A stretch of DNA of 64,000 bases from an uncultured Bacteroidales bacterium. GTDB taxonomy: Bacteria > Bacteroidota > Bacteroidia > Bacteroidales > GCA-2748055. Shown here piece by piece: positions 48,723 through 59,000 of this stretch. The DNA lies in NCBI GenBank assembly GCA_963753765.1, contig CAVWDQ010000006.1:65297-129296 (forward strand), read 5' to 3'. Numbering within the stretch: position 1 is the first letter of the stretch; each line of letters begins with the position of its first letter. The position numbers and the translations under genes are program-made. Below the pieces are notes generated by a model. The model was not told where the DNA came from. It did not search any database and saw only the letters and a list, made by a program, of their open reading frames with translations.

Positions 48723-49670
48723 TTAGCCCGAACATGAGCAAGATATCCGGGGGAGGATCTCCTGATCCAGGTTCATCCTCTCCAGCCTGTCCTTCCGGGA
48801 GACAAAGCAGCTCTCACATTGGCTGAAACGTTCCAGATCCCACAGATCGGCAAAAACCAGCCCCTTATTCAAAGCAATTCCATAGTCGAGCACCTGTTCC
48901 AGCGAATGGATAACCGGCTCCTGGAAATAGCCCTTAGCAGCCAGGAAATCCAGGGCCCCGTTCCCGGATCTGACCGGGATCACCGAGCAAATATCCACCC
49001 CGCAGGCAAAGGCAAAATCTACAGATCGGCAGGCCCACTCCACCCCTTCTTCCTCCGAGAGAAAGGGAGGGCGCAAAAGGATAAATGCACGAGTGGAGAT
49101 CCCGTTTCCCTTAAGAAATCCTACACTCTTCTTGAAGTTCTCCAGGCTCATCCCCTTGTTCAGGCGGGGCAGAATCTCCGGGTGGATAGTCTCCAGGCCG
49201 ATGGCCACCTGAAGCTGGCCGGAAAGCTTCCTGTCAAAATCAAGACATGACTCTCCGATAAAGGCCGTATGGCTTTCCACTAAAACGTTCTCAAAAGCAG
49301 ATAAAAGAGTTGCGATCTGCTGATAATCCTCCACGGGAATGGCCCCGGGATCAAAAAAGCTGCCACTGTTAAAAAGCTTCAGATAGCTTGCGGGCTTTAG
49401 TTTTTCAAGTGCATATTCAATCTGGGCCGCTATGGCTCCGGGAGGAACTGTCTCATCCGTGGTATGCTTCCAGAGATCACACATCAGGCAGCTGTAGGGA
49501 CATTCCCTGTTGGTCAGAAGTATGGCCGACACCTCTTTCACATTCCCTTCCGGGGAAGGCTCCTGTTCATTGAACCAGCCATAGGGTCTTAAGGGAACTA
49601 CCGGGGACTTATCTCCCCGCAAAGACCGGATCCAGCGGCCATCTGTACTGAATTCCGGGACCTTACTCAT
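48723..49670 (-). CDS. Radical SAM enzyme, family unassigned
   Basis: The CX3CX2C motif is NRECPYSCLMCDLW, followed by FNSGSFFD. A C-terminal Cys cluster is present (CESC...SCSCSG). The preferred start MSKVPEF (49670) overlaps the upstream stop by 8 nt; the track ORF extends to 49772. Confidence 0.75.
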   Translation of the reverse strand: MSKVPEFSTDGRWIRSLRGDKSPVVPLRPYGWFNEQEPSPEGNVKEVSAILLTNRECPYSCLMCDLWKHTTDETVPPGAIAAQIEYALEKLKPASYLKLFNSGSFFDPGAIPVEDYQQIATLLSAFENVLVESHTAFIGESCLDFDRKLSGQLQVAIGLETIHPEILPRLNKGMSLENFKKSVGFLKGNGISTRAFILLRPPFLSEEEGVEWACRSVDFAFACGVDICSVIPVRSGNGALDFLAAKGYFQEPVIHSLEQVLDYGIALNKGLVFADLWDLERFSQCESCFVSRKDRLERMNLDQEILPRISCSCSG

Positions 49671-50991
49671 AGATGGAGAGAAACTCCTTGCGATAGTCCA
49701 GCTCCTTTTCGGGGAAATGAGCCTGGAAAGCATCACCGGAGGCAGCTCCATGCTGGAAACGCCTCTTTTCAAATACGGGCATATCCATTCCTGTGATCGC
49801 CTTCACTCCACTTGCTACCACCTGTCCCTTAAGGGCATAGAGCTTTTCATGATCCCAATCGGTGAGATCGATAAAGGGAATCCCTTCGGCCACCTCTATC
49901 ACATTCTCCAGGGTATAAGGGCTGAAGCTGCTGAAGCCCAGGGTATCGGCCGTTGTATAGGTTCGCATATAGCCCCTGCTCAGCCCCCCGCTGTAAGTGA
50001 GAGAATGCTTCATCTTTCCAACACCCCATCCTTCGTGGTAAAGCATCAGGTTGTTAAGCACGCTGCGAATGGTCAGTTCCGGATTCTCCTCGATGGGATA
50101 GTCCTTCAGATTCTCGTCACCACCATCCCCATCTATCATGTGAACCCAGTCGGGGTAGCGCCTGCGGATCCCCTCCAGCAGCGCCAGGTTCATGGTGGCC
50201 GCCTGGATATCCAGGGGCTTATAGTCTTCCACCACCTTTACAGTCTTTTTCCAGTCAAGCCCCGATGCCTTCACCTCAATGGGTTCCAGGAAAACTTCCA
50301 GGTTCAGGGCTTTTAGGAACTCCCTGGCCTGCTTTAGATCCTCCCCGTCACCATCCACACTCAGGGTAAAGGCCTTCAGCCTGGAGGGACTCTCGCCCAG
50401 CTCCAGCAAGGCATGATAGGTAAGCAGAAATACGGAACCACTGTCAATCCCTGCTGAAAAAGAGACCCCGATGGGCCCGCTGGTGGCCTTATGCTTCAGC
50501 CACTTAAGGATCTCACCATATAGAGCAGTCATGTACTGCCTGCCTATCTCCTCCACCGGTGTTCCGGCAAAGCGGTTTCTTTCCGGGGTAAAAAAGCGCT
50601 GGTGAACCGGGCTGGGATCGGGACAGCCCAGAAGTTCAATGGTGGTGATATAGTGTGCCGGCGCCATGCGGGTATAAGAGGGATGAAACTGATCATCCAG
50701 TCCCTCCTTTTCCAGGTACTTATATATGGTATCGATGCGTTCTGCCAGTACCAGGCAGGGCCCGGCCTTTAATTTGGCAATAAAGAAACGAATCGGCCGC
50801 CCTATGGAACGGGCCATGCGTATGGTCTTTCCGTCCACGGCCACCAGGGCAAACTGTCCATCAATGCCCCGTACACCTTCAGTATCTCCGGCCTTTACAA
50901 GCTCCACAGCCTGCTCCATAGACATATTATAAATTGTATTCTTATCCGGATCTGTTAAATCCACCACGCGGTTCACATATTCCTGGTTCAT
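49663..50991 (-). CDS. Asparagine-synthetase-B-like PP-loop ATP pyrophosphatase lacking the N-terminal Cys nucleophile
   Basis: The PP-loop is VSFSAGIDSGSV, with a GDGGDENLKDY block. The N-terminus (MNQEYV...) has no Cys2 and only a remnant of the Ntn domain (IDGQFALVAVDGKTIRMARSIGRPIRFF). Confidence 0.75.
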   Translation of the reverse strand: MNQEYVNRVVDLTDPDKNTIYNMSMEQAVELVKAGDTEGVRGIDGQFALVAVDGKTIRMARSIGRPIRFFIAKLKAGPCLVLAERIDTIYKYLEKEGLDDQFHPSYTRMAPAHYITTIELLGCPDPSPVHQRFFTPERNRFAGTPVEEIGRQYMTALYGEILKWLKHKATSGPIGVSFSAGIDSGSVFLLTYHALLELGESPSRLKAFTLSVDGDGEDLKQAREFLKALNLEVFLEPIEVKASGLDWKKTVKVVEDYKPLDIQAATMNLALLEGIRRRYPDWVHMIDGDGGDENLKDYPIEENPELTIRSVLNNLMLYHEGWGVGKMKHSLTYSGGLSRGYMRTYTTADTLGFSSFSPYTLENVIEVAEGIPFIDLTDWDHEKLYALKGQVVASGVKAITGMDMPVFEKRRFQHGAASGDAFQAHFPEKELDYRKEFLSIYE

Positions 50992-51020
50992 TTTCTATCT
51001 GTTTAGTTTTGAACAAAATG

Positions 51021-51045
51021 GGGCGATATTCCCAGTATATCGCCC
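51021..51045 (-). promoter_or_regulatory. 5'-leader hairpin upstream of the AsnB-like operon
   Basis: A 9-bp stem pairs gggcgatat (51021-51029) with atatcgccc (51037-51045), around a 7-nt loop. It sits between a -7-like box and the ATG at 50991. On the minus strand it is followed by CAUUUUGUU. Confidence 0.45.
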
Positions 51046-51047
51046 TT

Positions 51048-51055
51048 CAAAGGTA
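51048..51055 (-). promoter_or_regulatory. Candidate -7 promoter box (TACCTTTG) for the AsnB-like operon
   Basis: The minus strand reads TACCTTTG, a TAnnTTTG match, 57 nt upstream of the ATG at 50991. Confidence 0.35.
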
Positions 51056-51238
51056 GTAAAATCAAGGCTTTTTTTACAATATGGAATGACTCTAAATAAG
51101 TCCTCAAGAGTATCAAAAGTGTTAAAAAACCTTAATTTCGTTATTGTACATATATGTATGTATGCACTCTTAAACTTAACAACGATCTAATTATTAGACA
51201 TTTTGTTATTCATTGCTAACTTTAAAACTACTTCAATT

Positions 51239-54222
51239 ATGCGAAATTCTGCATGGTGGAAAAGCGGCTTTTTGTCGCTAATCCTGTTTGGTTTTGCGAT
51301 CAGCTTAACCTTTGCCCAGGAGACAACAGTGACCGGTACGGTCTCTTCCGACATGGAAGGCCCGATTCCCGGTGTAAACATTGTGATCCAGGGAACCACA
51401 CAGGGGGCCGTGACCGACGTGGATGGTAATTATAGTATTACCGTTCCGGGTCCCGATGCCGTCCTGGTATTTACTTCTATTGGTTATGCTTCACAGAGTA
51501 TTACTGTGGGCAACCAGACCTCTATTAATGTTTCACTCGTGGAGGATGTCCAGGCTCTGGACGAAATTGTGGTTATCGGTTACGGTACCCAGAAAAAGAA
51601 AGAGCTGACCAGTGCCATCTCCAATGTGAAATCAGAAGAGTTCAACAAGGGTTCGGTGAACAGTCCAGCCGGACTGGTCCAGGGTAAAGTGGCCGGTCTC
51701 TCTATCTCCAAGCCGGGTGGCAACCCCAACCAGGGTTACACCATGCGTTTGCGTGGTATGAGTACCATTGGTGCCAACACCCAGCCCCTTGTTGTAATCG
51801 ACGGTGTGGTTGGTGCAGATCTCAACAACGTTGATCCCAACGACATTGAGTCCATGGACGTCCTGAAGGACGGTTCCGCTGCTGCCATTTACGGCACCAG
51901 GGGATCCAGTGGTGTAATCCTCGTGACTACCAAGAAAGGTAGAAGGGGAACTGCCCAGATCAATTACAATGGCATGGTAACTCTGGAAACCGTGGGTAAA
52001 TTTCCCAATGTGATGACTTCAGATCAGTGGCGCACCCTTTCAGCAGAGACAGGGACCGGAACGGATTTTGGATACGACACAGACTGGTTTGAGGAAACTA
52101 CCCAGAATGCTTTCCAGCAGACCCACAACCTGAGCTTATCAGGCGGTACCGATAAGACCACCTACATGGCCTCTTTCAACTACCGTGACGGAGATGGTAT
52201 AGCCATCAATACCGGGTATACCCAGTACAACGGAAGACTGAACCTGAGTCAGAAAGCCATTAACGACCGCCTGACTGTGGACCTGAATATCGGTGCCACC
52301 CAGCGCGAATGCTCAGTTGGGTTTTGACGAAGCATTCCGTTATGCCAGTATCTTTAATCCCACGGCTCCCGTAAGAAGCGATGATGCTGCATACGAGCAG
52401 TATGACGGGTACTTCCAGCAGGTACTTTATGATTACTACAATCCGGTGGCCATTCTGGAGCAGAATGTAAATGACAGAAAAGACCAGCGTGTAAATGTCG
52501 CACTGAAAGGTACCTTTGAAATTATAGATGGTCTGAAAGTAGATGCTTTCTACTCAATTCAGAATCAGAACGACAACAAAGGCAGCTACCGTGACAAAAA
52601 CAGCTACGGAACCGGTATGGACCGCAACGGTCTGGCCCGGAGATGGTATGATGAGAACTCATTCCAGCTGTTCGAATCAACCATCAACTACCTGACCGAT
52701 ATTAGCGGTGCCAGCCTCCAAATCCTGGGAGGATATTCCCACCAGAGCTTTAACTGGCAGGGATTTTCCGCAGAAGGTGGCGATTTCATCACCGATGCCT
52801 TTACCTATAACAACCTGGGCGCTTCCAAAGACTTTAATGAAGGAATTGGAAGATCTATACAGCTATCAGAATATGGGTACACTGATTGCTTTTTTTGGCC
52901 GGGTTAACCTGAATGTAACCGACAGCTGGTTCCTGATGCTGAGTGGACGTTATGAAGGATCCAGCCGTTTTGGTGAAGGTAACAAATGGGGTCTCTTCCC
53001 TGCCGTTGGTGGTGGGGTGGACCTGGCCAATGTGCTGGATATTTCCGCCATGGACAACCTGAAGCTGCGAGTCAGTTACGGAATCACCGGCAACCAGCCC
53101 CCGGATCCTTACTATGTCGCTTTTGCGCCTGAGTCCATCCGGAAACTTCTTTTATAACGGGGACTTTATTCCCGGTTACGCCCCTTCCAGCAATGCCAAC
53201 GCGGATCTGGGATGGGAGAAGAAAGGCGAATTTGACATGGGAATTCGACTTCTCACTGCTGGACGGAAGGTTGTATGGTTCATTTGACTTACTATACCAG
53301 GACCACCACCGACCTGCTTTTCGAATACGAGGTGCCGGTTCCTCCGAACCTTTATGCCACTGCCTGGATGAACCTGGGTGAGATAAAAAACAGCGGTCTG
53401 GAACTGACCCTGAGCTGGAATGCAGTGCAGTCAGGTGATTTCTCCTACAGTACCACCATTACGCCCACCTATTACCTGAAGAACGACCTGGTCTCCCTCT
53501 CCGGTACATTTAACGGTGCAGAGCTGACCTACGGTGTACGCGACCTGGGTGCCATGGGTGCCCCCGGACAGGCTGGTGTACCTCTTGGTTAGAGCCGAAG
53601 AAGGAGAACCCATCGGTCAGCTCTGGGCCCATACCTTCATGGAGGTAGGCCCTGATGGCGACCTGATCCTCCGTGATACCAACGAAGATGGTACCGTGGA
53701 TGAACTGGACCGCTCTGTGTAAGGAAACGGACTGCCCGATGCTGAATTCGGATGGGGCAACATGCTTCAAGTTCAAGAATTGGGAACTGAATATCTTCTT
53801 CCGCAGTGTACTTGGACACTGACCTGAACAACACCTTCCAGGGCATTCTATGAAGTGCCGGCAGATGATCACTTCTTATAACCTTCCGGTAACCGCCACC
53901 GATATGAGAAACGCTGAGACCGGAACCCTGCTGAACAACTCTTCAGGATGTGCTTTCGAGCTATCACATTGAGAATGCCTCATTCTTTGCACTGGACAAT
54001 ATGAGCACTGGCCTATAACTTTGATATGTCGGGAAGCAACGCTTTCAGGAACATCCGGGTCTTTTTAGCAGGCAACAACCTGTTCTACATCACCGGTTAC
54101 AAGGGGGTTGATCCCAGCTCCGGTATGACGACGGTGGCAATGTACTGATCCCCGGTATCGATAGAAGGAATACCTGGTTCAGGACCAGGTCTGTTTCACT
54201 GGGTGTAAGCCTCGGTTTCTAA
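51239..54222 (+). pseudogene. susC: SusC/RagA-type TonB-dependent receptor, many frameshifts
   Basis: It starts MRNSAWWKSGFLSLILFGFAISLTFAQ. A CarbopepD_reg domain follows (VTGTVSSDMEGPIPGVNIVIQGTTQGAVTDVDGNYSI), then a plug (DEIVVIGYGTQKKKELTSAIS; MDVLKDGSAAAIYGTRGSSGVILVTTKKG). Track fragments are 51203-52327, 52293-52907, 52708-53157, 53193-53381, 53275-53592 and 53534-53722, with further short pieces ending ...RSVSLGVSLGF (54222). Confidence 0.85.
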
Positions 54223-54264
54223 CCCTCTAAAAGCAGACGATATGAAAACAACAGAAAGATATAC

Positions 54265-55936
54265 ATGAGAAAATCACTTATTCTGGTTATGCCAGTTGTT
54301 GCTAGTCATGCTGGCAGCTACTTTTAACCAGTCATGTACCAACCTGGATGAAGAGTTATACGGTGAAGTAACACCGGAAAATTTCTTCAATACAGAGGAG
54401 GAGATCCTTGCCGCCCTGGGTGCTGCCTATACACAATTTGGTGGTTGGGCTTCCGGCGATCCCTGCAACATGCAATTGTGTTTCAACCGACGAAATGGTC
54501 GTACCCACCCGTGGATCGGACTGGGACGATGGTGGTGACTGGAGAAGGATGCATCTCCACGCCTGGACCCGGGAAGATGGAAATATGAATGGGGGATGGA
54601 ACTTTGGTTTTGGTGGCGTGAATACAGCCAACCGCCTGATCTACCAGTTCGAGGTCCTGGTGGAAGACGGATCCATGGACGCCAGATGTGGCCGCCGCAT
54701 TTATTGCCGAGCTAAGAGCCGTCAGAGGATTCTTTTACTGGCAACTGATCGAATGTATGGGAATGTTCCCCTGGTGACCGATTTTGCCAACGCTGAAGCC
54801 ACAGCCTGCTACTGTCCCAAGGGCAGATGTATATGCCTGGCTGGTAGCCGATCTTGAAGAGGCATGTACCCCTGCTACCCAAGGAAGTGGATGGAACTAC
54901 CTATGGACGGATGAACTACTATGCCGGTCAAGCACTGCTGGCCAAGCTGTATCTGAATGCTGAGGTATATACCGGTATTCCTGCATATGCTGCTGCAGAT
55001 AGCTGCTTGTAAGGATATCATTGATAATGGCGGATACAGCCTCACAGGCAACTATTTTGACAACTTCAGTGCAGGCAATACGGGTACCACTGAAATGATC
55101 TTTGCCATTCCTTACGATCAGGTATATTATGGTGGATTTAACATTGCCGTGCGCACCCTGCACTATGCCAGTCAGTATACCTACAACCTGACTGCCCAGC
55201 CCTGGAACGGATTCTGTACCCTGGAGGAGTTCTACAACTCCTACGAAGATACAGATCTTCGTAAAGGGGATGTAGGGACACGGATGGTCCTGCCATCAAA
55301 CGTGGTAATTTTATTGCCGGCTACCAGTACAACGCTGGACGGAACTCCGACCATGGATGATGGTGCAGATGCAGAATGATCCGGACGGGAAATACCTGAA
55401 CTTCGGTAACATTGGTACCGGGGAACCCCAGATCAATGAGCTGGGTCCCCAGGCCTGGCGCCAGTCCGGTGTTCGGATAGGTAAATGGGAAATCGAGTTG
55501 GGTGGCCATCCCGATGCCATGAATAACGACTATGCCGTTTTCCGTCTGGCCGATGTTCTCCTGATGAAGGCAGAAGCCCTCTGGAGACAGAATCCGGGTG
55601 ATGCCAATGTGCTTCCCCTGGTGAACCAGATCAGGCAGCGTGCTGGTGTGGATGACCTGACCACAGTTGATGGTCCTGTCAGTTTTGATATTGGCGGTCC
55701 GGTTATTCCGGGTGGAGAACTGTTCAACGAGATCGGCCGTGAGATGGCATTTGAGAACAGCAGGCGCCAGACCCTTATCCGCTGGGGATTGTTTGACGAT
55801 GTTGATCAAATGGGTACTTCCCTATAACAATCCAGGTGATATACTTGTGGATGGTGAGCATACTACGCTCTTCCCCATCCACAGGGACAAGATCGATGCC
55901 AACCCCAACCTGGTTCAGAATCCCGGGTATAATTAG
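54265..55936 (+). pseudogene. susD: SusD/RagB-type outer-membrane lipoprotein, many frameshifts
   Basis: ATG at 54265 (MRKSLILVM) is followed by a frame change into LLLVMLAATFNQSC (lipobox). Fragments are 54296-54538, 54408-54857, 54957-55379, 55357-55827 and 55667-55936. SusD-like motifs are FRLADVLLMKAEAL and EMAFENSRRQTLIRWGLF. Confidence 0.8.
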
Positions 55937-55966
55937 AAGTAGCAAATTGAATATATAGTATCTGCG

Positions 55967-56004
55967 GAGAGCAGGCAAATGCAAAATTGCCTGCTCTCTT
56001 TTTT
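55967..56004 (+). terminator. Rho-independent terminator after susD
   Basis: A 12-bp perfect stem pairs gagagcaggcaa (55967-55978) with ttgcctgctctc (55987-55998), around an 8-nt loop. A T6 run follows (55999-56004). Confidence 0.8.
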
Positions 56005-56017
56005 GTATCTTTCGCGC

Positions 56018-59000
56018 ATGTTTTCAAAGCAGATCAAATTACTCAATTCTGACAGGACTATCTATCACTCGCATGTTATCTTCTTCAGGCCTGCCATTCG
56101 AAAGACCTGAACCCGGATCCGGCTACCCGCTTTACCATGCTGGACCAAAAGCATACAGGGATCCGCTTCAGCAATGATGTGGAATACAGCGAAGAATATA
56201 ATACCTACACCTACCGGAACTTTTACAACGGTGCCGGCGTCGGCCTGGGTGATTTTAACCGGGATGGGCTCACGGATATCTATTTCTGCGGGAATATTGC
56301 TGACAACAGGCTCTATATCAACCAGGGGGAATTTCCGTTTTGAAGATATTACCGAAGAGGCCGGCGTGGCCTGCCAGGGAGTCTGGTCCACCGGAGTCAG
56401 CATTGCTGATGTGAACGGCGATGGATGGCCCGATATCTATGTGTGCAAATCCGGCCTGCCCGACACCCCGCACCGGAATAATGAGCTCTTTATTAATAAT
56501 GGTGACCTGACTTTTACGGAACAGGCCGGGGCCTATGGCCTTAATGATATGGGGCTCTCCACCCATGCCACTTTTTTTGATTACGACCGGGATGGGGATC
56601 TGGACTGCTACCTGCTTAACAATTCCTTTCAGTCGGTCACCGAATTTGACCTGGTGGAGGGGGGAAGATTGGTACGGGATACACTGGGTGCGAATAAACT
56701 GTACAGGAACGATGGAAATGTTTTTGTGGATGTAAGTGATGAAGCAGGTATTTATGGCAGCAAGATTGGCTTTGGTCTGGGGGTCAGTGTGGCCGACCTG
56801 AACCGCGACGGCTGGATGGATCTCTATGTAAGCAATGATTTTTTCGAACGGGATTATCTTTATATAAATATGCAGGACGGGACCTTTTCTGAAGTCCTGG
56901 ATCAGCAGCTGGGTGAAACCAGCCTTGGAGCCATGGGTGCAGATATTGCCGATATTAATAATGATGCCTGGCCCGATATTTTTGTCACCGAAATGACTGC
57001 CGAGGGCGATGCCCGCTTAAAAACCAAGGTATTGTTTGAAGACTGGGCAAGCTACAGGAACAAGGTGGATAAGGGCTACCACCGCCAGTTTGCCCGAAAT
57101 GTCCTGCAGCTGAATAATCGCAACGGCTCTTTCAGTGAGATTGGGAGGTACAGCGGAGTCGACGCCACCGACTGGAGCTGGGGAGCACTGATCATGGACC
57201 TGGATAATGACGGATGGAGGGACCTGTTTGTGGCCAATGGAATTTACAAGGATCTGCTGGACCGCGATTATCTCGACGTTTATTCCAACCCGGCCCTGAT
57301 GCGATCCATTATAGAGAGTGAGGAGCAGGCTATTTTGAGCATCATCGATCGCATTCCTTCCCAACGTGTTCCCAATTATGCCTTTCATAATAATGGCGAC
57401 CTGAGCTTCACCAACTATGCAGAAAAATGGGGTCTTGGCACCCCTTCCCACTCCAACGGGGCCGCCTATGGCGATCTGGATAATGACGGGGATCTTGGAC
57501 CTGGTAATTAATAATGTGAACATGCCCCCCTTTATCTATCGTAACAATACCAGGGATCAGGATCATTCCAACTTTCTTTCACTAAGTTTTACGGGGACCG
57601 GAGGAAATCAACATGCCATCGGTGCTGCAGCCAGTCTTTACTATGACGGAACGAAAAGCTACCAGGAACTGATCCCCATGCGAGGATTTAAGTCAGCCGT
57701 GGAATGCCGCCTTCATTTTGGACTCGGGGAAGTGATGCGAATCGATTCAATACATATCAGCTGGCCGGATGGTAGCTGCTCCACCTTGTATGATGTGGAA
57801 GCCAATCAGTTTCTGACCCTGAATCAGTCCAGTGCTCTTCCCTGCCGGGATATTTCTTCTCCTTCAATGGACAGGGTCTTTAGCAGGAGCGTTTCACCAC
57901 CCGGCCTTGATTACACGCACAGGGAGAATGATTTTGTGGATTTTCAAAGAGAGGCCCTGCTATTCCATATGCACTCCAATGAGGGTCCCCGAATGGCTGC
58001 CGGGGATGTGAATGGCGACAAAATGGATGATCTGTATATCTGCGGGGCCTCAGGTAGTGCGGGAGCCCTCTATATACAAAACAAAAATGGATCGTTTTCT
58101 TCCTCCAACAGAGCTCTTTTTGATAAGGATATCAACTCGGAAGAAACCGGGTGCGCCTTCTTTGATGCCGATGGGGATGGAGATCTGGACCTCTATGTAG
58201 CCTGTGGTGGAAATGAATTTTCCTCCAGTTCTTCATCACTATCCGACAGGCTTTACCTGAACAATGGCTCAGGCAATTTTACCAGATCCGAACAGATTTT
58301 ACCAGCAGGTCGCTATGAGAGCACTTCCTGCGTAAAGGCTTCCGATTTTGACAGGGACGGGGACATGGACCTTTTCGTGGGTATCCGTCTGCGCCCCTAT
58401 CTATATGGAATACCTGTGAATGGCTACCTGCTGCAGAACGACGGGCGGGGCAATTTCACCAATGTTTCAGATAAGGTGGCCCCCGAACTGAAGGAGCTGG
58501 GGATGATCACCGATATGGTCTGGACTGATGTTGACATGGATAAGGATCCCGATATGGTCATTGTGGGAGACTGGATGCCGGTAAAGGTGTTTATCAATGA
58601 AGGGGGCCAGTTTACGGACCGCTCCGACTCCTGGGGATTATCCGGAACCGAAGGGTGGTGGAACCGGGTCTCTGCCGGGGATCTGGACGGCGATGGTGAT
58701 ACGGATCTGGTGCTGGGCAACCATGGTTTGAATTCCCGCTTCCAAGCCACCTCTGAAAAACCGGTCACCATGTATGTGAACGATTTTGATCTGAACGGAA
58801 CAGTGGAACATATCATTTGCGTATTTAATGGTGACACAGCTTATCCCCTGGCCATGAAAGATGCCCTGGTGAGGCAGATTCCCGCCCTGGGAAGCAAGTA
58901 TGAAACCTTTAAGTCTTACAGCGGGCAGACCATCCAGGATATTTTCTCCGAGGAGATACTTGAGCGTTCGGTGGTGAAGCAGGTCAATATGCTGGAGAGT

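Noticed and set aside
48723-49670. The radical SAM protein as a viperin-like antiviral enzyme or defence gene.
   Set aside because: The CX3CX2C context (NRECPYSCLMCDLW) and the rest of the sequence do not resemble viperins. The neighbours are metabolic enzymes rather than nucleases, ATPases or other defence-type partners.
49663-50991. Calling the Cys-less AsnB-like gene a beta-lactam or carbapenam synthetase, and the operon an antibiotic cluster.
   Set aside because: Only the loss of the glutaminase nucleophile is shared with those enzymes. None of the other expected genes is present (CarB/CarC-type enzymes, clavaminate synthase, NRPS). The claim would be over-interpretation without phylogeny.
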